A stretch of DNA of 55,861 bases, filler included, from Platydemus manokwari (Eukaryota): assembly GCA_037951405.1 (NCBI GenBank). It is 5 parts of 5 records of this genome, joined end to end, with 100 filler letters (N's around TTAATTAATTAA, not from the genome) between each part and the next. Parts side by side here need not be neighbours in the genome. Positions count along the whole stretch, not along the records: positions 21,802 to 31,647 come from JBBMOY011197654.1; positions 31,748 to 44,284 come from JBBMOY010092232.1; 3 more parts are not named here. One strand, given 5' to 3'. The notes beneath the pieces are model-generated. The model did no database searches. It was not told the DNA's origin and saw only the letters and a list, made by a program, of their open reading frames with translations. The position numbers and the translations under genes are program-made. This document shows, piece after piece, positions 26,651 through 38,770 of this stretch (positions are counted from its first letter, which is position 1; every line of letters begins with the position of its first letter).

Positions 26651-29600
26651 AATTAATATTTTATTTAAACAAATCAAATATATCATAAATAAATAAATAA
26701 ATAACTTGATAAATTACCGGGTTAATCGAAAAAAACCAAACTGTTTTCTTTTTCTTACATAATTTTGAAAAGATTCACTTTCCTCTCTAAATATTTTTTG
26801 TGTTACAAAGAAAAAATTTAGGAATCTTATATTCACTAAACAGCCTTCTTTAATAGTAAAATCTTTCTGTCAGAATTACGATATGGTTAAGAGATTGAAA
26901 TATTTAATTATTGGTTAAACATCATCATTAAACATATGATTTCTAATAGCACCCATTCCATTTTAATTCATATCAGTAGATCATATTTTCCTAGCAGATT
27001 GCCCCATCATTTAAGTGAAATGCATTTCGATAATTCTCAAGTATTTATTAGCAATTTATAATTTTCAATAAATAAATCTTTTTAAACCGTTTCTAATTAG
27101 TGGTTATAGTTTTTATTTATATTTTCATTGAACTACTTTTAGAAAGGAATGAAAGCGATAATCATTTTTGTAACATCTAACGAATTGAATTACTTTTTTT
27201 ATTTTTTATCTACGATTTAAATTTTATCAATAAGTCACTTTAACCTTTTAAAAATATTATAAAAGTTTCAATGAAAGTTGCATAAGACAGATTTCTCAAG
27301 ACTCGTATGTTAAAGCTCACATAAAAAGACATTTTGAAAAGGTTATACATTTTTAGATTAATGTGACTCCCGGATTCATCTTTTGAGAAATAAACTGCAT
27401 TAAAAAGTTGTCATTTTCTCAAAATATAATCACATAATTTAAAATTAAATAAAATAATTAATTAGTTAAGGACTTATTCACAAATGTAATATAGAAGTGT
27501 AAACATAGAAATAAAAAAAAATGAAGAATTATTCCCATGCTCTAAACTTTATATGATATCTATGCAACATTCTACGAACATGATTTCAGGGCGTTAAGAT
27601 GAAATCTACGTCAATTATTCTTAATTATCGTTGATTTGCTGTAAAAAACAATGTTTATTATTAATCCTTCTTCAAGAACTCACTGAGAAAACAACGAAAA
27701 AGATTATTTATCATTGGTAACATCATATATAATTAACTGATTTTACATTCGGGTGAATAATGTATTTCTGAATCAAATACAAAATGAATTAATAATTCCC
27801 TGTCATAAATTACAGTGTATCGTTTAGAAACTGAACGAAACTCGAACTGAACAACAAATAAAGTTGATGACTTCAAATTTTATTGAGTTACTACATGCCT
27901 CCGTGCACGGAAAAGAAAGAAAAATTTAATGTTTGATTCATTTTTTTCAAATTTTTATTATTACATATTTTTTGTATTATTTTTATTATCGGTTGCACAA
28001 AATTTATTCGCAAATCGAAATAATATTTTATTGAAAAATTTATAAAAATATGAATTTTATGAAATTGATTATATTGTGAATTAAATTTTGGAGCTCCATA
28101 TTCCTATAATAGAATATATCACCGATTTGAAATGAATTGTTAGTTTTAAATATTATATATGTAAGCCGCTACTATTTTATAAAAAACGCATCAAATACGA
28201 ACTGAAAATACTCGACATTCAATTCTATTTAAAGACAATTATTTAAACAAAATAAATAATATTTAATATCAAATTAAATTTAATATCAAACTAAATTCAA
28301 TATAAATTCAAATTGATATCCTCACAATATATATATACTTCACCAAATTAAATCAGTAAAGTTTTGAAAACAGCGAAAAAAATACTAAAATGGAAAGAAA
28401 ATAAGGCAAACAATAAAAATTATTTATCATCGGATTCTATCATATCTGTTTGTAATCTAATTTATAATTTTATATTAAATTTTTTAAAAAATTGTTGATT
28501 TTGATTTACAATTTATCTGCTTGATCAATAAAGCAAAATATATGAGCAATCTTATTTTGCCAATTATCTGTTCCATATGGAACCAAAAAAATACTACAGT
28601 AAACAAAATAAAAGAGATTACTATGACGATAAAAACTATGGATGGCATTTAAGAACTAGTTTTTAAAAAGTTTCACTAAGTTTAAATTATTATAATCAAA
28701 GTTAAGCCATAAACTGAGAAAGTTAGCTAAATTTGTGGGTATAAAATAAACTTATAAATTAGCGAAATTAATTTTAAACCGTTTTGATACATAAACCCTG
28801 TCGAGTAATTGCTAAATGTAACATAATATCACTGATCATATTATTTTTTGATCACAGATTTTTCCTTCATCGTGTTGAAAGATATTACAATACGGTTCAG
28901 ACGCCTTTAATTTAAACCATAATTTTTAGATTTAACATTTCCTGTAAACTATATAATGATTTAAAGAAAATCAAAATTTTCAATTTCAAATTACTGATAA
29001 ACCAAGTTATTTTTATAAAAAATTAATATTTTGATGCACATTATCTTTAAATTTATCATCATAATCATTTGATAACATTTCCACTGGTATGGGAGAACGT
29101 TTGTCAGGATCACCTGATACATGTCAACTGACATCGTAACAGGAACTAACATTGGCATCATTTTTGTCCATGGAAAACCATTGAGTTCTCAAACGCAATA
29201 ACAATATTAGCAATAAACAACTCATTGCATAAATTAAAATGCTAATAAAATAATATTTAATATTCATAATGTTTGTAATAATTAATGATGCCATTCATTT
29301 TACGATTAAGAAAAAATGAGGAAATCTATGATTTATGTAATGAAAATTATTTTGTTATGTTAATGAAAAGTGGATCTAGAAGCTATTATTGTAAGTAATC
29401 ATAATCGATAACAAACAAAAACTATGTAAACATTATTACCATTAAATAATAGTTAAGTAGATATTAAAAAATATTCCTTATTGAACAAAATATGAGAGAA
29501 ATAATAGAAATGTTTTGGAACAGCGGTAATGCAAATACTGAGCAAGGATTTATTCCCGGCCTTATTACGATTCTCTTAAATATTTTCACGATGCGCTAAA

Positions 29601-30243
29601 TTATTACCAATATTCTCAATGATCATCACGAATACCCTTTTGCAATATAATACCACTTAATTCTATTAATATTCGTAAATACTTTTATGAACACTATCTC
29701 TATAAATGATTTAAGAAACAAAATCAAATTTATCTCTTCAAATAATTATACTCGTTTGTCTTTTTTTGAATGTTATTAATTTATTTTGACTAACAATCAT
29801 CGTTTAATTTATTTTTTAGACTACTTTTTAAATTTTATTAACTTACACTTGTTACTGTGAAGAATTGAAAATCAATTAATATTCCAGTGTTGGTTTTAAT
29901 CATAAAACATGTTTATATTAATAAAAAAATGAATGATTGGTTTAATTTGTTTGAATAATTGGAAATGTTGAACTTCTTTGATTTGCTTTAAATTCATATT
30001 TTATGAAATAGTGTCACTCAAACATGGAGGACCAGATTCGATTCTAAAGTGATTATGACCAGAAAAGTATATAAGAGAGAATATTGTGAGGATAGGTATG
30101 ATAGACAATATAGAGAATAAATGAGAATTTAAATCAAGATAAATATGTAGCGATTTTAATACACAGAATATAAAAAAGATAAAGAAAATTTTATATATAG
30201 AATTTCCAAAGGCTTTTAAATGAATATAATATTTCCATCATAA

Positions 30244-30730
30244 ATGGCTGAATCCAGAAAAAGTTACACCGAAGAATATTAGAACTCCATTGTAGTAGAG
30301 TCTAGAGACAAAAGCGTAACCATTTTCTGCTAAGAAAAGAACCTTAACATAAAGATGGTTCGAATATGGAGATCTGCTTATACAAACCTAAAATTGATGA
30401 TAACTGCCTCAAAAAGCTTTGAAGGTGCCTATCTGAACAAGTCGAAGAAAGCTTGATAGCAAAAACGAGAGATTAGAACCACTTATCAAAGATAAACTTA
30501 ATTCACAGGAATTAATTGAGAGTGTTCAAAATCTTGGTTTTTTGAAGCTGTCGCAGAAGAGGACGATTTAACCATGTTTGATTAAAATGCCTGTATCTTT
30601 TTTAAACATTTGAAATATAATAAAAATATATTATGATTTTTTAAGTAATCGGTAAAAAAATATAAGCAGTGCTCTACTTTTTTCGTAGGAAAATAATATA
30701 AGTGGCCGCTTGTAATAGAAACACACGGTA
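30244..30730 (+). mobile_element. pogo-family DNA transposon remnant (N-terminal HTH plus right TIR)
   Basis: 'MAESRKSYTEEY*NSIVV...LNIKMVRIWR' matches the pogo/BrkDBD-type HTH pattern. Ends 'ggccgcttgtaatagaaacacacgg-TA'. Confidence 0.45.
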
Positions 30731-32546
30731 GTTGTTAGAATAGGGTTTTGTGAATATCTGTGTTTTCGAAATCGTACAATAGCTTCCTTTAATAATAATT
30801 TCGATCTTCAATTATTCAATTCAATTTTTAGTCATTTTTACCTGCACAGTTAGTACAGATTTCCAAGAGACCGGTTGGAAAGTTTACTTTTAAATATTCA
30901 AGACAAACAAAGCTTTATTTGCTTTGTAAATAAATTTTAGAAATAAATTAATTCTCTTGATTCTGGTTGAAATTTCCAAATAATTTTCGAATATTCCTGC
31001 AAATTTAATAAATCATAACACTGTTTAGCGTTTGAAGTCATTTTATCAGCGGTAAATGTTAAAGAGAGAATATATAATTCTATTGAATTAGATCATAGGA
31101 TATGCAATAAGTCTGGGAAAATTGGTATATAGTTAAAAGATTTCACAATCATTTACTATGAACGTCCACTGAGTGTATATCATTAAAAAATTAATTTATA
31201 ATTGTGATAATTACATTGCTTTATTATATATTGTGAGGTTTATTTAAAAATACTATGAATAATTAAAATTTACATAAGATTAAAATTATAAATTAAAAGA
31301 TATTTTTAAAAAATTATATTAAAAATTAATATAGCATATAAAAATTTATAAAATGTTCTTGCTTAAAAAATTACTGTTAATTTAAAAAAATAATTTTATA
31401 TAAAAAATAAAGATTTAAAATAAAAATAAGAGCATTTTTATTTTTAAAAAAGAAAGATAAATCAGATGGAAACAAATTTTAATATTTTACAATTTGTTTA
31501 AAATGGATGTATTATAAATATATATTATGTGTTCTGTGAAAACTTTTCTTTTGATTTGAATATTAAAAACGAAGAAGTTTTAGCAACTAACAATGATATT
31601 CAAGATTAAAAGTAACCATAACGATAAATGTAAACACAGGCAATTATNNNNNNNNNNNNNNNNNNNNNNNNNNNNNNNNNNNNNNNNNNNNTTAATTAAT
31701 TAANNNNNNNNNNNNNNNNNNNNNNNNNNNNNNNNNNNNNNNNNNNNATGTTATGCCTTTGTTATTGTTTTGATATTGATTATTGGAAAATTATTTTAAT
31801 ATTTTTATTAACTGGAATCTCAACGTAAACACCGAATATTGCCAATGCTAATCTTCCCATTTATACTTCCTGAAATGATTGATTATATTCTCTTATTATA
31901 GAATCTTAATCATTGAATTATATTGATTTTTAATTGAATGAAACCTTCAAATAATTTTTCGAAAATAATATTCCAATCAATCATCTATGTCACTGTTTGG
32001 TGTAAATTTTAAACGTTAAATCTGAAATTGAAATTTTCATGTAACACAACCGACTGAACCGGCACAATATTCGGGAATCAATCATAAGATATTATTGACT
32101 TTCTGCCTTTTATCTTGCAATTTATTGGCTAAAATTCTAATCCAATGAAAATCTTTCATTTGAAAATTTTTTTACAATGTTCGAAATCTTTAAAATAATT
32201 GCACAAAAAATAATCAATTATTTTCAATCAAGCATTTAACTACGCTTAAATAGCACTAAATCCTCAATGATGCGTCACAACTAATGTGTAAACCTGTGAT
32301 TGGTGGGTGGATTGGTGACCAGTTAAAATCAATTTTGTCACTGAGAAGTCTATTTGGCTGATGTTTTATCAATAAATAAATATTTAATTATCGGAATATT
32401 TATAAGCGTTATTTTCAGATAAAGACGTTTTATAATAATAATTATTATTTATTATTATTATTTATCGATACTATTGGTTGACAGAATTATTTGTCATTTA
32501 TTAATTGATTTATCGATTCATCTCACATATTTCCATCAATTTCTAG

Positions 32547-34836
32547 CAAAGATCTCGGTGTACAGATTGTTGAGGAGCAATTTGAAAAATGTCATGACGA
32601 AAGTATTCGTTTGTATGCCTTATTATATTATTTATTGCGTCTGCCATCTCATCATAGAGCCAATGGATGTAGTGGTGAGAAGTTGTCAAGCTCATGAAGC
32701 GGGTTATGATTCATTTATGACTGGCAGTTGTCTGATCTATCTGGCTCACATGCTCTATCGAAGCAAATCATGTTCTTCCACTGATAACATCCAACAAGTT
32801 ACACAACACGAATCACCAACCAAACAAATAAACGCCTATGAAAAATCCGCTAAAAACCTACCGACCATTTTAGTGGCCTCATTTGAGACATATGAAGTAA
32901 TAATTCACCTTATCAACCCATGACCATCTGTCATAATGGTGACGGTTTAGATATATTTGAAACCCTGGCGAAACTTTGTCAACGTTATTCGAGCTCATGA
33001 ATTCTGCGTTTGTTTCGATAAGACACCCATTGATGATGGATTCCGCACCGCAAGTGGCAACCGTTTGATGAATACTCGACCACCATGGCTCATCATTTAC
33101 GATAGGAAACCTTCTGCCGAATTAGTGCCTAATAATGACGATATGTTGAGTGATGGTGACGAGGATTCGTGCAGCACTGTTGGATCAATGAGTGATTCAT
33201 ATTTTTCACAGGCTTTTGTAAGATTCATTATTGATTTTCATCATATATACATATATTATAAATATTGATTAACACATCACAGATCATTAGAATGAAATAT
33301 CAATCATTTGTCTATTTTCGCCATATATGCATTGTTATTTGATGGCCATATATCAATATATTCCTGTGTGCAAGATAGGCTAATAAGAAACCAAAATGCA
33401 ATTACTATACGTCTCTATGACAACGGTCATGTGATAAATGATATTAAAAATCATGAATATGGATGTGAGATCGAATCGAAGATATGCGACTTGATTAGAA
33501 GGGAAACTGAGGTCTTACATGTGATAGCGATAACTAGAATGTATCAAATCATTACAATAAATAATATTGATTAGCACATCACAGATCTTAAGAATGGAAT
33601 ATCAATAATTTGTCTATTCGAACATGTATGCTTTGTTATTTGATGACCACATTTTAATATAATGTGGTGTGTAAGATAGACTAATAAGAAACCAAAATGC
33701 AATTACTATACGTCTCTATGACAACAGCCAAGTGATAGATGATATTTAATATCACTATTATGGATGTGAGCTCGAATCGACGATATGCGACTTGATTAGA
33801 AGGGAAACTGAGGTCTTACATGTGATAGCGATAACTAGAATGTATCAAATCATTTTCAAAGATTGTCGTATAAAAATTATCCGAATATTGAATCCAATAT
33901 GATTGATTTATCAAAAACAACCATTTCGCAATGGACTTTCGCCATCAAGACAAAGAATCCAGTATAACTGAGTTAGCTTTACAAATAGTTATAATAAGCA
34001 AGCACGTGTAACAAAAATATCGATTATATAAATCTAAATAACTAGGAATTTGTTTTCATTGTTAAATTCATTAATAAAATCATTTATGATCTTGCTTTAT
34101 TATTGACGTAATAAGTGTTGGGGATTATTTTATCTCTTGGTATTGAGATCTTACTGTGTTTAATCACTAATATATTTGATGATAAAATTATATGATCGAC
34201 GCGCTTTAATTAGTCAAACAATTGACAATCCCATCAGATGGTTCTTCTATTGATCGATTTTGTAGTCAACCCTAACCGCTCAGCAGTGGACGATAAAACA
34301 TATAGATTTCCAAGTTTAATTTGTCTTTCTGTAATCATATTGATGATCATTCCAAGTCATTTAAAATTATTAACTCACTACAATAGTGGTAATGGTGCCA
34401 TGACAACAGTTGCTAAGATTTGTCAAAAAATATTTATTATAAAATTCAGATTGAATAACGAGGGCCGAAATTTTATTTTTAATTTTATTGCATTTTTCAC
34501 ATAAAACCTGAAGAAAACTTGATTTTCCATTCAATTGATTTCCAGTTGGAACAGTTGCTGTTCGAATTTGGTGATGCAAATGTGAAAAAATTCGGAAAAA
34601 TCGTTAACGATGAAAGATATCAGAAATTCATGGTCGCTTTGCCGAGCTATAATATCATGAGGGGTTTCACTAGATGTATACGAAAACGATGGCCAAGATT
34701 AGTCGTTCGGGAATATAGCAAATTGAAAGATGATCCATTAAGCAGATCACTATTGCTGGGATTGACTGGTGTCAGTTCGGTCCTCTGTGCATGGTCTATT
34801 TGGAGTTTGGTTAAGGAGTTTAGACCAAAGTTTTAA
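32547..34836 (+). CDS. PNLDC1: PNLDC1/PARN-like CAF1-family DEDDh 3'-5' exoribonuclease, 3' part; exons 32547-32602, 32658-32896, 32951-33217, 34546-34836; 5' exons not in this contig
   Basis: ExoIII motif 'QAHEAGYDSFMTGSCLIYLAH', 'YLKPWRNFVNVIRA', degenerate RRM-like 'LLFEFGDANVKK..FMVAL', and C-terminal hydrophobic helix 'SLLLGLTGVSSVLCAWSIWSLV' followed by a basic tail. The TM tail is typical of PNLDC1 rather than PARN. GT-AG junctions keep the frame; AATAAA at 34960. Confidence 0.85.
33260..33853 (+). repeat. Intronic tandem duplication, ~300-nt unit x2
   Basis: 33260-33553 and 33562-33853 share long identical runs, e.g. 'gatatgcgacttgattagaagggaaactgaggtcttacatgtgatagcgataactagaatgtatcaaatcatt'. 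Confidence 0.93.
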
Positions 34837-35649
34837 TCGATTTAGATTATTGGATTTGTTATCCTATTTTTGTAGAAAAATTTGCTATTTATGAATGATT
34901 TATATTCAATAGAATTTTTGTTGTTAGTTTTTGTCTTGATTTCTTGATATTGATTTTTGAATAAAATATTTTGGAGTCTGTGAGTAATATCTGTCATCAC
35001 ATTCAATTCCATCAATTTGATTAATAAAATTGTGCCTGGTGCTATGACTTTTCCGATGAATTTCTTTCAAATATTTTCTTCGTTGTGATAATTTCTAAAT
35101 GGAATATTTTGTTTATTCGCTATGTATGGGTTTTAATATTCAGTGCTGACCTGGATTTATATATATATATATAATCAGTTTATTCCCAGAGGCTTACAAC
35201 ATTATTTATTTATGCGTGGATAGTTTTCTATGATCAATTTTTAAAACAATTTTCAATGTCTGCTCTGTGGTGAAAAAGAATAATTTATACGTTTCAATAT
35301 TTATTAGAAATAGCATTCTAAAAAAACCCGAAAAGGTAGAAATTTTATTGATTAAATCTCTACCTGTAAAATTCTAATTGTTAATTTTTTTGTATATGCT
35401 GTATGTTATAAATTATTGATCTCGTATTTCACCAAATTGTTTGCCTGTTTCCTAATTAGAAAGTCATTGGTTTATTAATGATCTTATGATATAATTGGTA
35501 CTTTCAGTAGCTGTTTTGATAGTTGGAATTTAGAGGTGTGTTCATAAATTATCACTAAGCAGTCGCATCAATATAATTGAAGTCCCAACTATCAATAACT
35601 TACATTTTTAACGGTAAACAAATACACGAATTTAATTAAAGTAAATAAA

Positions 35650-37700
35650 ATACGAACAATTAATCGGAAAGTACCTAAATAGTGTGAGAATGATAACAAT
35701 CTATTAATCAATGGGATAGTAATTCTGCTGAGTATTGAGTGCAATGAGATTGAAACAATCGTATCGAAATTTAAATATGGCATATCAAAGCGACTATGTT
35801 GGAACTTTAAGAAATATCACATTAGTACTTGTCAAACTATTTATCGATGTGTTGTTTGTTATTCGCTGTGAAATGTGACGAACAAAGAAATCTCAAAATT
35901 ATTGAAAGATTTGTTTTAAATAAACCAAGATAAACAGCCACCGAATACCAATGGCAAATTTAGAATTTAATAATTATGTTGGGGTTTTGAAAAATCCAAT
36001 GGAAATTGTGTCAATTATCTGGAGATGTTGACTCCATTTTTTCCATGCTATCTGATTCTCGATATTGTGTATAAAAACTCACCTTCCATCTACGTATAAA
36101 AGTATTAATTTTATTTAATAATCTAGAAAATGTTGTATTGTTGTCTATAGTTAAAAGAAAAAGAATAAAATAATAATAAAGAAAAAGAAATAAAATAATT
36201 ATTATTATTACAATTATCACGTAATAATAATTCAATTAATTTTCCAAGAGATAAAAACCAATTTGAAATAAGTCCGAACTGACTAATAAATAGCTCATAT
36301 TAAACATAAAAAATCTGCCTTATCAAATATAAAATAATGACAGTTTTTAACCCAGCAACTAAACTGAAATATCCGATAAATAGAAATAATAAATTACCCT
36401 CATCAATATGGTTTGGTAACAAATATGATGAAATAAAACCCTATTGTTAGAAGTATTAACAACAATTTCCATACAAAGAAAGCCTCTTTATTAAAGATAA
36501 TGACCCATTCTATTGAAATAATACAATAAGATCCGCATTTCAAAACAAAAGATCAAGAACTCAGAGGATTTATTAAACTCAGATATTCCCAAGAGTTAAA
36601 ATCAAATAAAAAATAAAGCTAAGACCCCAAAAATCTACAATATTTTTTTGTCAGGAAAAATTGGAAGAACGTGAACTCAAAGTCATTTTAACTATCCAAT
36701 TTAGGATTACGTCTTATTTAAAAATAAATATAACAACAGAAGTTGCTATAAATAACTTTGTTAACTATAAATAGTAACAAATATATTAGAGACAACAAAA
36801 TTAGTAACACATGACACTAAGCATAAAATGTTACTAGAAAAAGAGACATGATTAACCAAGTTTCTATTCCTTTCGAAGTTCCGATATTTATTATTGGTCT
36901 GAAGACATTTTACAAATCAATTATGAATAAATTTTTATTGTGATGATAATTTAACTTATATCCACGAATATTTATAGGGTTGAGGTTCTTTAAAATCCCA
37001 TAAGAAGCTCAAACTCAATTTATTATTTTCATTTTTATATAGGCCTGTCTTCCCAGCTAAGCAGTACGTCTTTTACTGTTCTCTTGAGATTTCTGTGCTT
37101 CAACAATACATATTTTCAAAATTATCTCAAAAAATTAAATATTCGTTTTTGCCTTAAATATTTTTTTATTATATCATTCAATGATAATTATCAGCAATCC
37201 AGATAATAAAGTTATCGATCCCAAACCTTCTGACTCAAAGCCATACATTTTTATGTGAGTTTATCGTTAAATTATTTTTGACTCTTGAATAAGAATAATT
37301 TCATTCTTGTAAAAAGTGGTTTGAATATTTTTTATATGAAGTCAGCAATTAAATGGCTCGAAGCGTTTCAACCATAAATCACTCTAATCAAAAATATTGA
37401 TAGTTAATTCAAACTTCGATTTTTCGAGTGCCAACTAATGTTGTTAAATAATTGGGACAATATTTGAAACTGAAACAAAATAACGATTTTTTCCTTATTT
37501 AAAAATACAACACAATTTAAGAAGTGATAGTTTTTGTGATAGTCAACTTTCTAATTAATAATTTAAATTGTCAAAAACACTCAACCCCTTTAAATACCGA
37601 TTTACACTTTTGCTAAAACATACTTAAAATCTTTAAGGAATCATCCAAGTTCTTAGGTTTTCAATAAGATTATTTAACAAACTGTTACAAAATTATTTGT
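35650..37700 (-). pseudogene. Decayed LRR-GPCR (GRL101/LGR-like), interrupted by an LTR-like insertion
   Basis: TM5-like 'HWYSVAVYLGLF' (~35918-35953), TM6-like 'SSNIVAL', TM7-like 'ITIPLINRLLSFSHY' (~35680-35724), with LRR-like 'FVDIS*III' upstream (~36940-36970). Stops and frameshifts throughout. Confidence 0.45.
35977..36632 (+). mobile_element. Solo-LTR-like insertion (TGTTGGGG...CCCCAAAA)
   Basis: 5' end 'TGTTGGGGTTTTGAAAAATCCAAT' resembles the reverse complement of 51727-51750 ('TGTTGGGGTTTTGGAATACCCAAT'). It splits the GPCR remnant. Confidence 0.45.
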
Positions 37701-38770
37701 AAGAGTTAACTTGAGAGTAATTTATGATTTAAAATAGATTTGTGAGTTGATTAAATAATCTTAGAATATAAATCTAAATAACCTTCACATACAAAACACT
37801 TGTGAACTCACGCGGTTGTGCTTTTAATATCATATTAACAGCAACAGAATCCCAGCAATTCTGATTTCATCTATTTTTTTCTCATGCTATCATTATGAAG
37901 CAACACAACCTACTATATTATGTTTTTAATCATTCTTTCTGGGTTGACAAAACCAAATAACATTAATTGGTATTTTTTCTCCATTTTAATTTTCGTTTTT
38001 GATCTTTAATTTTGTTATTTAATTAATTTTTCATATTTTTTTAAAATTAATTTATTAATTTTAAATCATAACTTTATATTTTAGATTATGTGATAATAAT
38101 ATATATTCGGTATACAATTGCGATACTTTATAATGTTATATTTAATAATAATTTATTATAATTCTAACTTTGAATCAAACAATAGGTGTGTTTCGCAACG
38201 ATTCGAATAAGTTTTTAGTACTAAAATTGATCTTTTTGGAGAAGATATCAATTGCAATATATTTGAACTAATTAAAATTCTGTTTCATAACTTCTAATTT
38301 AACCAGCTTTTTATTTTTCAAAACATAATTTTTTTAATCACAAAAAGGATATGCTTCTCTCTTAAGATTAAAAGACATGTACGAAGTCACTGTTATCAAA
38401 ACGAATCAAGTCGTATATAAATTTGCATAAGAATTTTTTTACAATGAAAAGTATTTTATATTTTTATCAGAAACATTCAAAAACTGGCAATTTTTCTAAC
38501 TTACAGTTTTTTGAACATTTTAAACTTGAATAAAATGTAACAGTTTATCTTGAAAAGAACTATAATTTCTCACAATGAATTATGGAATTAAACAATTTCA
38601 GGTTTCACAATATTTATTTACTTAGTTTTTATTTAATTAATTAATTATTTAATATTTATCATATTCTAAAATACTCAAAAAAATAATAATTTTAATAACT
38701 GGAATACTAATATGACAAAATAAAATGTGTTGTTTTAATTTTTGTCTCCATAGTAAAATATTGAATTACT

